NCBI GenBank assembly: GCA_973895155.1
Contig: OZ316894.1
Coordinates: 26,900,340 to 26,964,339, forward strand
Length of the DNA: 64,000 bases
Direction: 5' to 3'
Source of the DNA: Marsupella aquatica
Taxonomy: Eukaryota > Plantae > Marchantiophyta
Part shown: positions 47,532 to 59,510 of the stretch, piece by piece
Layout: each line of letters opens with the position of its first letter
Position numbering within the stretch: the stretch's first letter is position 1
Notes under the pieces: generated by a model
What the model saw: the letters and a program-made list of their open reading frames with translations, nothing else
The model's database searches: none
What the model was told of the DNA's origin: nothing
Program-made: the position numbers and the translations under genes

Positions 47532-49720
47532 TTACATAGAAGGCCAAATGTCGAGTAGAGGTAATTGAACAAGTCCTCTAATAGCTTGTGATCCTTTAGT
47601 ACGGGAAGATGAATGAAGTTGGATTCTCTTCAAGTGTTCTCTCAATCTAATAAGGTCTCTCTCATATTTATACTGAATTGCATATCCATCATGAGAGACC
47701 CAGACATAGTAGCTATAAGGCCATGGTTTTCCTGGAAGTACAGGAGGAAATGGACAGGACACCTGTCTAAGAGTATACACCCAACACCAGATTTCATACT
47801 CAGAGAATTTTGTTCTCCTATCCTTATCTATTGGTGGTACTATGTTGGGAAGCGTGTACGTGGAAATCAAAGTACGTATACCTTTAGGACATATCCCTGG
47901 TAAAATCTGCTGTTGCTGTTTGATGCTCTCAACTTCCAAATGTCTGAAAGCTATAGGATAGTCCTTCTTTGTCCAATAGTGAATAGAAGCAAGATTAGGG
48001 ACTGGAATAGGAGGTGGTAACTCAACCGGTCTTCCCTACCATGGTGGAATTCGAATAATCCTAGGATCTACCTCATCGTCACTGCCATCACTAGGTGCTC
48101 CTATCCATCAAAAAATTACTGTTGGAGTTGAGGAAGGAATCACAGACTCCTTAGCAGGTGGATATGGTGGAGTCTTAGGAGGAGTTCTGGTGGGTACTAG
48201 CCTTGGTGTCTCTACACCTGTAAATTCTGCATGTGGAAGCTCCTGCTCGAGCTGTATCTCCTCTGTATAAACAGTTGTCTCACCCCTAACTTCAACTGGT
48301 TCCTGTATATTGACATTCAGTTCCTGTTCTTCCATCTGAGCCTTGCCAAAATCTTCAGCAGCATGCAACTCCACTAAATCTCTAGCTCTTTGTAATCTCT
48401 TCCATGGTCTACGACTATAAGTGATGTGATACTCATCTAGGGCTCGAGATGTGGAATCTGTTTCATAGTCCTGTAATGAAGCATCCTGCTCTACTACAGC
48501 TAGAGATGGGGGTAGGTAGGGCAACTCCTCTTGTACACTATGTTCTGCAAAAGAGGGTAAAAATGAAGCTTCACCTGGTGATTTCTGAGTTGCTTCCAAT
48601 TCCTGAATAGCTTCCTTTGGATTATCCAAGGGACTGAGTCTCTCAAATTGCGAATCAGCCTGGACCTCCTCCATCAGCTTTTCTTCAATTTCATGCCTAG
48701 TTGTTGCTCCAGTTCCCATGAATTGTTCATATAGCTCCTCATCAACTGTACAAGCTTCCTCTACTGGAACTTGAGTTGTATGCTCGTGCGCTTCAACCAA
48801 ACTACGGACATTTGGCAACAACTCTGCCTCCTCACAATCTAGTAAGGTACATAATGCATTCAAGGTAGCCTGTGAATTGTTGAGCTGCTCCTCTGGGTTA
48901 CACTCACATCCACTTGTACCTTAATCATCAAATTTTGATAAATCCGCTTCTCTGTCGGTAGCAAGCACCCCTTCCTATAGTAAATATGCGCTAAGTAGGG
49001 GGTCAATTGCACCTTTTTCAGCTTCCTCTCTCTTACTCGGTTTCTAAAATTCTTCACTTGTGTGTGGATCACTCTATGTAGAATTTGTGTCCAATTAATT
49101 GCCTTCCTCTGTTCCACGAAGAAAATCACAGTAGCTGCAAATGACAATGTAATGCGTGTCTGACTCTCAGGGTGAAAGATAGGGGAGAGAAAACAAAATA
49201 GATGTTGTAGCGGCACTTCTATACAATCTGCCGCCACCCAGCCATTTCACCTCTTGAATGTCCCCGGGTAGAACAGAGATTCAATATATGCCTTGGGTTC
49301 ACCTTCCACTTTCTGTAGTCCTTCTCCTACACTCGGAGTTGAATAGACTATCGAGATGAGCTCTTCATTCCAATTGCTTGGTCGTGCATTTACCCTAAAC
49401 TCCTTCCTCTCCGTCCCATTCACCTCTGTCAATCAAACTGAATTCGCAAATGCTCCAAGGAAACTTCAAGAGATTCTTCAGGCCCATAGTTGTCAAATCT
49501 TCTCTCAATTGCCTTCGATCATCTATACTCAATGGTACTACAATAGCTACCGGACGTGCAGTGACGTTCAGCTCTATTTCCGCCATTACTCAATCTACAA
49601 TCTTCTCATTCATAGCTCCACTTTGATCAGGACTTCCGCATCTTCTATGGCAACATCTTCTAGGGCAAAGATCTACTAACTTAGCTTCTTGCCACTTCTC
49701 TTCTTTGACCCATTAGACAT
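47532..49720 (-). pseudogene. Decayed TE accessory ORF (plant transposon protein type) flanked by GGACGC-motif arrays
   Basis: Fragments ARPSNWNEELI, GWVAADC...FLSPIFHP...INWTQIL...LTPYLAHIY, and an acidic tail. Repeated TGGACGC/AAGCGTC motifs at 46750-47450 and 49760-50100. Confidence 0.5.
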
Positions 49721-49868
49721 CACAATCCAACATCATACTTGGGAATGTTCAGAAATTCAAACTTTTATTGGACGCTTCGCCAAGCGTCCTAAATCCGGAC
49801 GGAAATCCTGAGCAAGTGGATGCTTTCCAAAAGTTTGTGTTCTCTCGCAGATGCTTTACAAAGTGTCT

Positions 49869-49990
49869 TGTATATTGGGTCATGGAGTGGACGCCTCATA
49901 AAGTGTCCTGTATATTGGGTCATGGAGTGGACGCCTCATAAAGCGTCCTGTATATTGGGTCATGGAGTGGACGCCTCATAAAGCGTCTAG
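49869..49990. repeat. 40-bp tandem repeat, 3 copies
   Basis: TGTATATTGGGTCATGGAGTGGACGCCTCATAAAGYGTCC. Confidence 0.85.
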
Positions 49991-50323
49991 TGGACTTACA
50001 TGACCAGATATACAGGATAGTTTAGGGTTTATGAGGCGTCCACATGTGGACAAAGTGTGGACAAAGCCTCTTGTAAATAGGGTACTTGGGCTGGACGCTC
50101 GCATGTATTATTGTAGCTCGCATTATCTTAACATCAATATTTTCAGGCTCCCAAAATCTGGTTTCAATTAATTAGATTCTGCAGCCATCAAGTCATTTTA
50201 ACATTGATGTCCTTAGTTCAAGCATTTTTCCTTCATTAGATGGTAGAGTTGCCACATCACATTATACAGTGGTTGCCCACATGTATCGCATTACACAGTG
50301 GTTGCAGCTAGTCACTTTGGAAC

Positions 50324-51575
50324 TTGAACTTGCAATCTAAAAGTATGAGGGCTATAATCACAAAGGAGTTTGATGACCATTTTCAGTCTTTGCGGTTAGA
50401 ACTTCTACCTCCAATTGCTGAGCTAACTCCATGGCTAGCACAGTCTAAATGGCACGAGCTTGCGGCCCAATTCATGCCAAAAGGGGTACCATTTTTTGCA
50501 GGTGAAAGCACAGATGCTCCCACCACCAAAGTAGGGCAAATCTCCACTCTCATATGTCAGTCAAGTGGTGACTATCTACATGAACAATGTACAAGATTTG
50601 GTTCTTAAAGAGGTGGATTACAGATTGAGATCGAAGACTAGTGGAGAAGACAAATATCAATGATGATGTTGCAGTGGGATTCAATCAATTGAACTCAAAA
50701 TCATCGAGGAATAGGTACTGTGATATAATCACAGAATTCATTCTCTGCTTGCTTCGATCTTCTTCTGACGAGCTTAGTTCGGACATTCATATTTTTCAAA
50801 CAAATAGAGAAGAAATGGAAATTGCTCTTCAAAAATTCATGGGTCAACTCAATGAATTAGATGACAATTCTATTGAGGATGTTGATTTGGCTGTTCTACA
50901 TAATGTGTTGATTCATCTTTGGACTCCAAAGATGCCTACAACACTTGAAGCAGGAAGAGGTTTGAACTGTATTTTCACTCGGTTTCTTATTTTACATTCA
51001 CTCATAAAAGTTGGCCACAGTCCAGAAGCAGAAGAGTATTCATTTCGGCATGTTTGTCATCTTACACAACCAATGGCGATACTCAAATATTGGGCTAGGG
51101 TGACCATTTTGATGCACCTTGCACAATGTTTTTGGCATAAAAACCCAAGCACCATTCTTAATGAAGAAGCTGATCGACTTCTTCAATATTTAAGTGACAT
51201 AGCACTACCTACTCCATTTACTATTATATCGCAATCTCTACGCTTGGCAAATAGGATTACTGCAGGGACTCCAGTATGGCCAAGACTGGTACCATTGAAT
51301 GCCAATAATACAACATGTCTAGTTGATGGTGAAACTATTACAATCGACAATTTTTGAGATATGGTGCATGCTATTATTCAAGAAGCCCACTCAATTTTAA
51401 ATTGTGATGTGCTTCTTGGTCTCTGAACAGATTGGGTTGACAAGCTACTTAAGGAGAGTCGTGCTATTTACGACGATGTCAATAACACAGAAGTTGGGTA
51501 CAACTTTGTCACAGATCCTCGCAACCGGATTCTTCAGCAACATGGCCTCGATCTACTAACACACTTGTTTGTTGA
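50324..51575 (+). pseudogene. 5' part of the YR-RecQ helicase gene (decayed)
   Basis: LTPWLAQSKWHEL and LTQPMAILKYWAR motifs. Frameshift/stop near 50608 and TGA stops at 51355 and 51424. Rejoins the 56236+ frame (THLFVD/PKIRGHF) when the insertion and one TSD copy are removed. Confidence 0.75.
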
Positions 51576-54500
51576 TGTGATGCCTAGACAGGAATCACTC
51601 GGCCAGTTAAGTGGGTAAAGCAGGAAGGCACCCTAGGAACACCTTAGTATAGGGACAAAACAAGGAAAATATAAACCATTAGGGGCAACCATGGAACCCG
51701 GGCCGAGGCCGGAGGTAAGGACGCTGAGGGTGAAAACTCGATTAGGGTTAGGGCGCGTTAAGCGTCGGCGGCTAGGAAGGATCAACGGGAAGAAGGACCG
51801 GCAGAAGAGAGGGGTAAGGAGCGCTTGCAGGAGATGGTGGCTCATTTGTGAGCACGAACTAGGCAGACGACTACGGGAGGCCAACTACTGTCAGCTGCTT
51901 AGGCAAGCACTCGGGGAGAGAGTAGATACCGACGATCGACCTAAGGAGGGTATGAGCAACGTCAATCAAGCGGCACATTTCTGGGGATGCCTGTTCAAAC
52001 GGGCAACTGAGTACATCAAGACTTACGAGGACGAGGAATCAGAAAGGGCAGCTCGAGAACGGCAGGAGCTCGCTCGATTGTGGGAGCTGCAGAAGACGGC
52101 TTTCTTAGGAGGCAAACTCATCAAGGATGAGTTCCTGTGGACGCCTACTTCCAATCAACTCGACGATCTTCTGTTTTGCAAAGACAGCGTCGTCGGCATC
52201 CGAGAGGCCATCAAGAACTGCAACGACATACACTGGGAATTAAAGGGTAGCACAGAAAGGTGGACCCAGGCAACGGTGCTAGGAGAAATCTCCACGGCAG
52301 TAGAGATGAAGAGGAAGGGAGCCGTCAACGATGAAGCCACCCCGGCAAAAAGAACGAGGTTGGCGGCACCAAAGAAGCCAGCCGAGCAACAGAGCAGGAG
52401 GCAGGGAGAAGCCGAAGAGGAGGAGGTCGATCCCATCAAGGCCATTCCAACCAGGGATGACACCTGGAAGGGCTGGGCGGCAACCCTACCGGTGGAGGTG
52501 CAACTACATTTTGCACGAGAGGAGGATGCATGCTTTACGGCCATGCAGACCAAGAAGTACCAAGGCTTCATGGCCGGATCCGGCTTAGAGGCCTTTGTAA
52601 GATTACCATGGCTGAAGCCGGAGGTACCGGAGTCAGACCTATTAGAATTCGTGGGGTCATGGGAACCCGAGACCAATTGCACGAGGATATATGGGAAGGA
52701 TTTCTATCTTACTCCCAAGGTAATTGCCGAAGTGTTTGGCTTGCCGATAGGCAATAAGACCAAAGTTGATACCAGGAAGACCTTGCCTGACAAGGAGTTC
52801 CGGTCGTTCCCCGGGCCATCAACGAAGAATGGCTTCTTCCGGAATACCTGCACCAACCCGCACATAGGAGAGATGATCGACTTCTTGCGGGTGACCATGC
52901 ATTGTAACTTGCCGAGGGCAGAGATCGGCAAGGCACAGGTCTATCTGGCAGAAAGGCCAGACCCAAGCCGGGACTACAACGGGTACCTCCTCAACCAATT
53001 GAAGATCTTAAAGGAGGAGCAGCAGGTAATCGGCATGGGGAGCGTGTCGCGGCTTGGCTATCACATGCCGCTATTGTGCCGGTATGCCAGAGGTCAGACT
53101 TTTGCCCCAGTACTTCCCCTGCAGGTAAGGGCACCCGAGGAAGCTCCAACGCCGAGGCTGTTGGCTGAGAAGCCTCAACCACCTGTTAGCCCTACGATCG
53201 AGCAGGTGTTTAGGCCCAGGAAGGAGGACTTGCCGATGCAGCAACCAGGCATGCAGAGTCTGCTGAAACTACTGGAGAAAGAAAAGAAATCGGCATCGGC
53301 AACAACAACAGCAACGGCAACAATGCAGGACACTACTACAGAGGTAGGCCTACACCGGCTCACAAGAGAAAACCCCTTTGTTGGAGACAAGGAGAGAATC
53401 AGGCCGGAATCCAAGCCAGGTGTTCGAATGTATGTGGGAATCTCAAGCTCCGAATCTGAGGCAGAATTGCCTGAAGCTCCTACCGACGAAGAGGAGAGGG
53501 AGAAGCCGGACGTCCAAGAAGTAGAGGAGGCAGTGGAGGACTGCAGCCATGATAATTCCGGCTATGGGTCGGACCATCACGTTCCAGGAGTAAGGACCTG
53601 TGGCCGGTTTGTCCCCACACTTCCAAGGGTAGTGCGAGGGGACCCCAACCAGCAGAGTAGCCTTGAGTCTCCCCCACCAAATGTTGCTCCCCCGAGCTTC
53701 GACGGCATAAAACAGACGGTGCAGGAATTTCAGGAGCGAATCAGGCAGGAAGAGGAGGCAGCCCTGGCTAGGGAAAAGGATTTACCAGGAGGAGATTGGC
53801 CGGAGGACATCAGGCGGCTAGCCAAAAAAGGAAGCAAACCTCTAGCCACGATTGAAGAGATCCGCAAGATGGCTTGGGAGTAGAGGCCGCGATGGGCGAT
53901 GCCGATCACTTCTACTTACTCCACCTACGCTAAGAATAGAGCCATGGAGTATGGTGAGATGTGTGGGGAACTTGCGCTCGACATCTTTGGAGAGGAGTTG
54001 GAGGTAGGACCCTTTTTCCATAGGGAGCAGTTGGAGAAGCACCAATTAGAAGAAGCGGTGGCTTTAGAGAGAAGCAAGAAGGACGAGGTCATTCGGCGGC
54101 TTAGGAGGATGGAAGCCGATATTGAAGATCTAAGGGCGGCCAAGAAAGCCCAAGATGAACTACGGATTAAACGGCATGAGCTGAACATCATGCAGGGGCA
54201 GTTGGACACCGCGCAGGCTGATAATCAGAATATCAAGGATAAACTAACTCAGACGCAGGGAGAGTTGGCCGACACGATCAAAGAGAGGGAGAAGTGGAAG
54301 CAAGAGCTGAAGAATACAGAGGAGGCCCACATAACAGCCAACAGCCGGGCCATGGCGGAGACCCAAAGAAAGGAATGGGCGTTGAAGGGGGAGCTCGAGA
54401 AAATCCGCGGAGCCCTTGAGCAGAAGGAGGCCGAGTTAGGGAAATCCTATCAAGGGATTATGGCGCTGCAGCAGGAGCTTGCGTCCCTAATGGCCAGCTT

Positions 54501-56235
54501 CAAGGCCGACCTAAGGGAGAAGGACGAGATGCTCGAACAGACTTACGCCAAGATGAACCAGATGGAGTCTGTCATCATTGCAGAGCTCGACAAGGAGCTA
54601 AGAGCAACCCGGGAGGAGAGGACTACCTTGAAACAAGAACGGGAGGAAGCCCAGAAGGAACTAGAGGAGGCACGCAAGGACCTGGATGAGACCCAGGAGG
54701 AGTTGGAGGAAATCACGAGGAAGATGGAGAACCTCCAGCGGCGGGCCGACAACCAAACGGAGCGGCTGAAGAAACAAGCCGCAGTATTTAAGTGCTTGTC
54801 TTCATCAGGCCCAACTCCAATTGGGGCAACCAAGTTACCAGGAGTGGTACTGGCCGAAGAAAAAGCCGCGCCACCTGCACCAGTGCCGGAAGTAAGTGGG
54901 AAGGGGAAGGGACCAGCTGCCGAACCAGAAAAGAAGAAAAAGCGGAAACCTTCAGGGTCAAGGAGTAATCCGACTCCACAAGCCGTGGTGACCAAGGGGG
55001 TAGAACCAGTACCATCCTTCGGCATGAATACGGCAATAGATCCCGCTATCATCACAGGTGGGGGTGGTGCGGCCCAAGCCGAACTACTCAGTAATGAGGC
55101 CGGTATTCCAGATCCGCCTCTTGAGCAGGCCGGGGAGACCGTAGCCGAGGTTGAGGCCGTAACCGATTCCCGAGCCGATGCCGACGCCGATGGTGGACCC
55201 AGTCAGGCCGATGGAGAGTTGACTCAGTCAAGGGCAGGTAATCTGTCAGAGAATGAACCTACGGCAGTGGCTGAGGAGGAAGCGTTGGGGGCGTCCATTA
55301 AGGATCCACCACCGGTGTCGTGACGGTGCAAGGGCACCGTTCCTTTTAGGGAGGGCGGACGTGGAGGGAGGAGGCGTGAGTGGGCAGGGCGGGCGCTGAT
55401 CTCCAAGTTTAGGATTAGGATCAGGACCAGGAGCGGCCCTGACACTTAGCTTAGTGGGATTGCGGTCCCACTGGTAGGAGCAACACTTGTGCTCCTGCCT
55501 TGCTGTACATAGGTAGATTCGGGCAAGTAGATTACTGTTAAGTAGATTAGGCTTATGATGCAAAGAATGGCGGATCCACTACCAGGATAAGTACCTGGGC
55601 AGCGGGGACCTCATGGCCTCTTCTTTAGCAAGTTTTTAGTTTGCACCAGCCGGGCTGGGATCAAGTAGTACGAGAAGCTCTCGATTAGTCATACAGTGAC
55701 CCTTGTGTATATTCATGTTTCCTCATGCCTAAGAGCTGAATAGAGTTGGCCTCACAGCTTAGTTCGCAGAGCTTGTGTATGAGATGTACTGTTTGTATGG
55801 CAAGTGCATGGTATGACTTAGTCAGAATGAGTCATTTTGCTATTTGTGTGTCGCATTAACTTGTGTGAAGAGTGCCCACATCAACCAAAAGGAAGGAAAG
55901 TAAGCAGGGGAGTGAGAGTTGGATGTGTCGAGCTGAGAGAGGTCTTAGCGGCTTAACCAAGCCTATTGGGGATCATTTCGGCGGCGGAATCCAAACATAC
56001 CTAACAAGACGGAGGGGAAGACAGGGGAAGGCCTAGATTAGGCCGGCTACGTATCTCATGACCCGATGAAGGATCTATCCAGTATATGTGTGTAAAATGT
56101 TAATAGTAGTAGTAGAAGGTTAGCAGCGTCCCATGCCGCTAAGCCGCGGAAACGGCCTCGCCAAGCGCGAAACCTGCGGGAATCGGCTTGAGCTGGGGGG
56201 TTTCTTGGGTTTAGGGAGCCATGGGACGCACCACA
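51576..56235. mobile_element. 4.66-kb solo-LTR-like element with 5-bp TSD
   Basis: Ends TGTGATGC...GCACCACA (imperfect IR). GTTGA is duplicated at 51571-51575 and 56236-56240. No gag/pol and no internal direct repeats seen. Confidence 0.88.
51691..55323 (+). pseudogene. ~1210-codon ORF (gypsy accessory / putative plant transposon protein domain plus long coiled coil) with one in-frame TAG
   Basis: ORFs 51691-53883 and 53899-55323 are in the same frame. LLEFVGSWE...IYGKDFYLTPKVIAEVFGLP motif, plus an E/K/Q-rich coiled coil at ~54030-54780. Confidence 0.7.
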
Positions 56236-59130
56236 GTTGATCCTAAGATTAGAGGACACTTTATTCTTGGGTGGACAGATCGAAATGATGTCATTTGGAA
56301 TGATATCACACTTTATAAGTGGATGACTGCTTGCTCTGATTTACAAGAAAAATTGAATCTGCTTATACATTTCACTGCCGGTCTACCAGCAAGGGGCAAA
56401 GAGTACAACAGTTTCTTGATTTGCAACACAGCCATAGGTGAGAGGTCATTTTATTGGGCAACAACAGGCCCAGATGATGATCCAACAACAAAATTGTTAG
56501 AGCATCATACAATAGCGCTCTTTCAAACCTATCATAAAGGTGCAACAGGTGCTCCAATGAAACCACTTATACGGTTTCTTCCAAGTTCTTTAAGAACTCT
56601 ATTTCTGGTATACTTTTGTTTGGTGAGGCCTACACAATCTTATGTTGCACAGAAAATATGGGGAAAGGAGGTTGCCCGTATTTATGATGATTGTTGGTTC
56701 GTTGATATGGATAAAAAGCAAGATGCACATGATCTTTCCAAGAGCATACACAACAATTTCTTTAAGCGTTGTGGAGTCACATTCGGGCTTTCAGAATACC
56801 GGCACCTAGCAGCATTTTTTTCGAAAAAGATTCGAGACCAACGCACTCAAGATCTTGATGATATTGTAGATGTGGCAGGTGGACATACAACAGCTACAAT
56901 GGGACATCATTACGCTCAAAGTGTAAAAGATTTAAGAGCTATTGATGGACATCTCTTGAGAGCATTCCGAATATTTACAGATAAGTGGCATGCATTGCTT
57001 AATCTTTCGGATAAGTCCCCAAGATTGATTCATCTGGATAGCTCAACAACAGGTTGCAGGGAAGTCACACTAAATCCTTTTCCAAGAACCACTACTCTTC
57101 TACATCCACATCATGACATTGAGCTTGAAATTGATCATGTTCCAAGCAAGACAAGGGTTGTTTATTGCCCTGCCTATGGAGAACCATCAACATCAGTTGT
57201 GGGAGATGTTGATTCGGCACTGCACATCTGTCACGACACAAGTATAAGAGCTTCCATAGCTCTACACAAGTTGGGTCACAAAAGGTGGAGGTCAACTGAA
57301 CAAGCAATCTCTGTTGATTTGGCTATTGAAAACACTGTGGATTTTGTAACTGTACTTCCCACTGGAACAGGAAAGTCATTGATTTTCATGGCCCCTTCCA
57401 CATTGATGGACAAAACAGTGATTGTGGTAGTCCCATTCAAATCTCTCATATCGGGTCACTTATCTGAATGCAGAAAAGCAGGAATTGGTCACATTGTGTT
57501 TACAAGTGGATTTGCACTCGGGATAGGAGTAACACCTGCAATTGTTTTTGTATCTATCGAGACTGCAGCTGATTCAGATACATTTGGTGTCTTTGCAAAC
57601 CACTTGCAAGCTACACAAAGATTGCATTCGATTGTTTTTGATGAGATTCATACACTACAGTGTCATTTCCGTCCAAAAATGAGAAATCTGATTTCTCTAA
57701 TGAAAGTTCCCTATCAGATTATAGGATTAACAGCAACATTACCACCCACACAACAATCTGATATCGAACTGACTTTGGGTTCAAGATTACATTGGGTTCG
57801 TTCTTCTACTGTTAGGCCAAACATCCGATACATGGTTGTGGAAGTGCCTGACATGGATGGAGAAATAGTTAGACAGCTTCAAGATTGGAAGAGATCTAGC
57901 CTGGTTCATGACCGGGCCATTGTCTATTGCCTAACAAGAGATGAAGTCCAAGAGATGGCAAAGCTACTCGAAGCCAGGAACTTGTGCTGTACATTTTTGC
58001 ATGCAGGATGTAGCACAGCAGACACCATGAAAACCTTGAAGAAGTGGGAGTCGAAGGGTTGTGAAATCATGGTGGCAACTGGGTTCATTGGTTCTGGCTA
58101 TAATTACAAGTCAATCAGACTTGTAATTCACAGAGGTAATTTCAGGTCCTTTGAGCAATTTCATCAGGAATCTGGCCGAGCTGGGCGTGATGGTTTATTA
58201 GCAATAAGCACTGTTGTTTCTAACTCCAGCTACCGCAATGAGGCCTTGAGGATGGACTCCAACTTCAAGATTCCAAACAAATGGATTGAGGAGACAAAAA
58301 TGTGTCGTCGCTTTGCACTACATGCTAGCGTTGATGGTAAGCCACAGATGTGTTACCTCATCCCGGATGCAATTCCTTGTGACATATGCTCCCAAGCAGC
58401 AGACAATCAGGAACTACCAATGGAATATGAGGCTAAAGAATTATCACAAGCTAGGTCAGAAGTGGTTGAAATTGTATCTCAGGGGAGCATCTCCCAAAAC
58501 ATACAAGGAGGACAGAGTATTAGGGTTACAGCACCAGGTGAAAGAACAACACCAGCATCATCACTCGGATCATCCCAAGGCAAAGGAACCACAACCACGG
58601 TTGTGGCAAGAGCTCGACCAACACTCATCAAACAAAGAATTGAAGCCATGAATAAGATTTGTATCATCCGTAAATTTGCTGGGGATAGGAAAAAGTGCTT
58701 GATGTGTTGGAGTCCCCTCTCAAAGAGTGTTCCTCATGGTATTTTGCAATGTCCTTATGTACGGGGACGATGTGTGAAGTGTCTAGGAACACACAACCGT
58801 GCAAATTGCGATAACAAGTTTCCTTCTCGACCAGACACTTGTTTCAAGTGTCACTTCCCACACCAGCCTAGTGGGATGAGATTTCATGAAGGGCTGTATG
58901 GAGATCAGTGTGAAGATGAATCAAGAGAGAGATTGCGGCTTTTTGTGTGGAAGGCATGGCGATTTGATAACATACTGAGCGATTTATTCCGAGCAATTCC
59001 TGAAATCAAAGGGAAAAGTGACCAGGAGCTGTGTGAATGGGTTGTGTCTACAAGTCCTGAGGCTCTGGGCAACAATTTTATGCGTCTTGTAGCAACCATT
59101 GTGAGGATCAGGTATCCTGAATTTCGGTGA
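56221..59130 (+). CDS. Tyrosine-recombinase-like + RecQ-type SF2 helicase fusion (fungal telomere-linked-helicase type), 969-aa open frame
   Basis: YR-like motifs: TAGLPARGKE, YHK, SEYRH, GGHT...HHYA. Helicase motifs: WRSTEQ, LPTGTGKS, DEIH, TAT, IVYC, QESGRAGRDG, and RecQ-Zn CRR...CDIC. C-terminal Cys/His cluster. Confidence 0.85.
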   Translation: MGRTTVDPKIRGHFILGWTDRNDVIWNDITLYKWMTACSDLQEKLNLLIHFTAGLPARGKEYNSFLICNTAIGERSFYWATTGPDDDPTTKLLEHHTIALFQTYHKGATGAPMKPLIRFLPSSLRTLFLVYFCLVRPTQSYVAQKIWGKEVARIYDDCWFVDMDKKQDAHDLSKSIHNNFFKRCGVTFGLSEYRHLAAFFSKKIRDQRTQDLDDIVDVAGGHTTATMGHHYAQSVKDLRAIDGHLLRAFRIFTDKWHALLNLSDKSPRLIHLDSSTTGCREVTLNPFPRTTTLLHPHHDIELEIDHVPSKTRVVYCPAYGEPSTSVVGDVDSALHICHDTSIRASIALHKLGHKRWRSTEQAISVDLAIENTVDFVTVLPTGTGKSLIFMAPSTLMDKTVIVVVPFKSLISGHLSECRKAGIGHIVFTSGFALGIGVTPAIVFVSIETAADSDTFGVFANHLQATQRLHSIVFDEIHTLQCHFRPKMRNLISLMKVPYQIIGLTATLPPTQQSDIELTLGSRLHWVRSSTVRPNIRYMVVEVPDMDGEIVRQLQDWKRSSLVHDRAIVYCLTRDEVQEMAKLLEARNLCCTFLHAGCSTADTMKTLKKWESKGCEIMVATGFIGSGYNYKSIRLVIHRGNFRSFEQFHQESGRAGRDGLLAISTVVSNSSYRNEALRMDSNFKIPNKWIEETKMCRRFALHASVDGKPQMCYLIPDAIPCDICSQAADNQELPMEYEAKELSQARSEVVEIVSQGSISQNIQGGQSIRVTAPGERTTPASSLGSSQGKGTTTTVVARARPTLIKQRIEAMNKICIIRKFAGDRKKCLMCWSPLSKSVPHGILQCPYVRGRCVKCLGTHNRANCDNKFPSRPDTCFKCHFPHQPSGMRFHEGLYGDQCEDESRERLRLFVWKAWRFDNILSDLFRAIPEIKGKSDQELCEWVVSTSPEALGNNFMRLVATIVRIRYPEFR

Positions 59131-59510
59131 TCAATCAGAGAATTGAGAAGAATTCTTATAGAGGCCGGACAGTGTGGTAAATTACTTGGAAGATTTCAAA
59201 AGTGAAGTTCAGGAGATGAAGGGTGAAATGAATATCAGACTACTTAGATGGAAGTATGGTGTTCGGTGGGAAAGTTTCAGGGGAGAGATCCATACTTTAG
59301 CTTCGGTTTCTTAATGTAGATCACATTGGCATGCAGGTCAGCTCTCTCTAGCTGTTTGAAGTTTAAATAGGATATGCTTAGACCCAGATTATTTCCTACT
59401 CCTATTTTGTGACTTAGGAGTCAGTTTGGGGTAAAGCTATTTCTTGTTAACTTTACGTGGGATGATCAAGTTGAGTAAAGTATTCAAAATTCATCATGGT
59501 ATTAGAGAGC
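59128..59510 (+). mobile_element. Possible LTR (59128-59496) followed by tRNA-Met-type PBS
   Basis: TGATCAAT...ATTCATCA imperfect IR, directly followed by TGGTATTAGAG (cf. TGGTATCAGAG). Confidence 0.5.
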
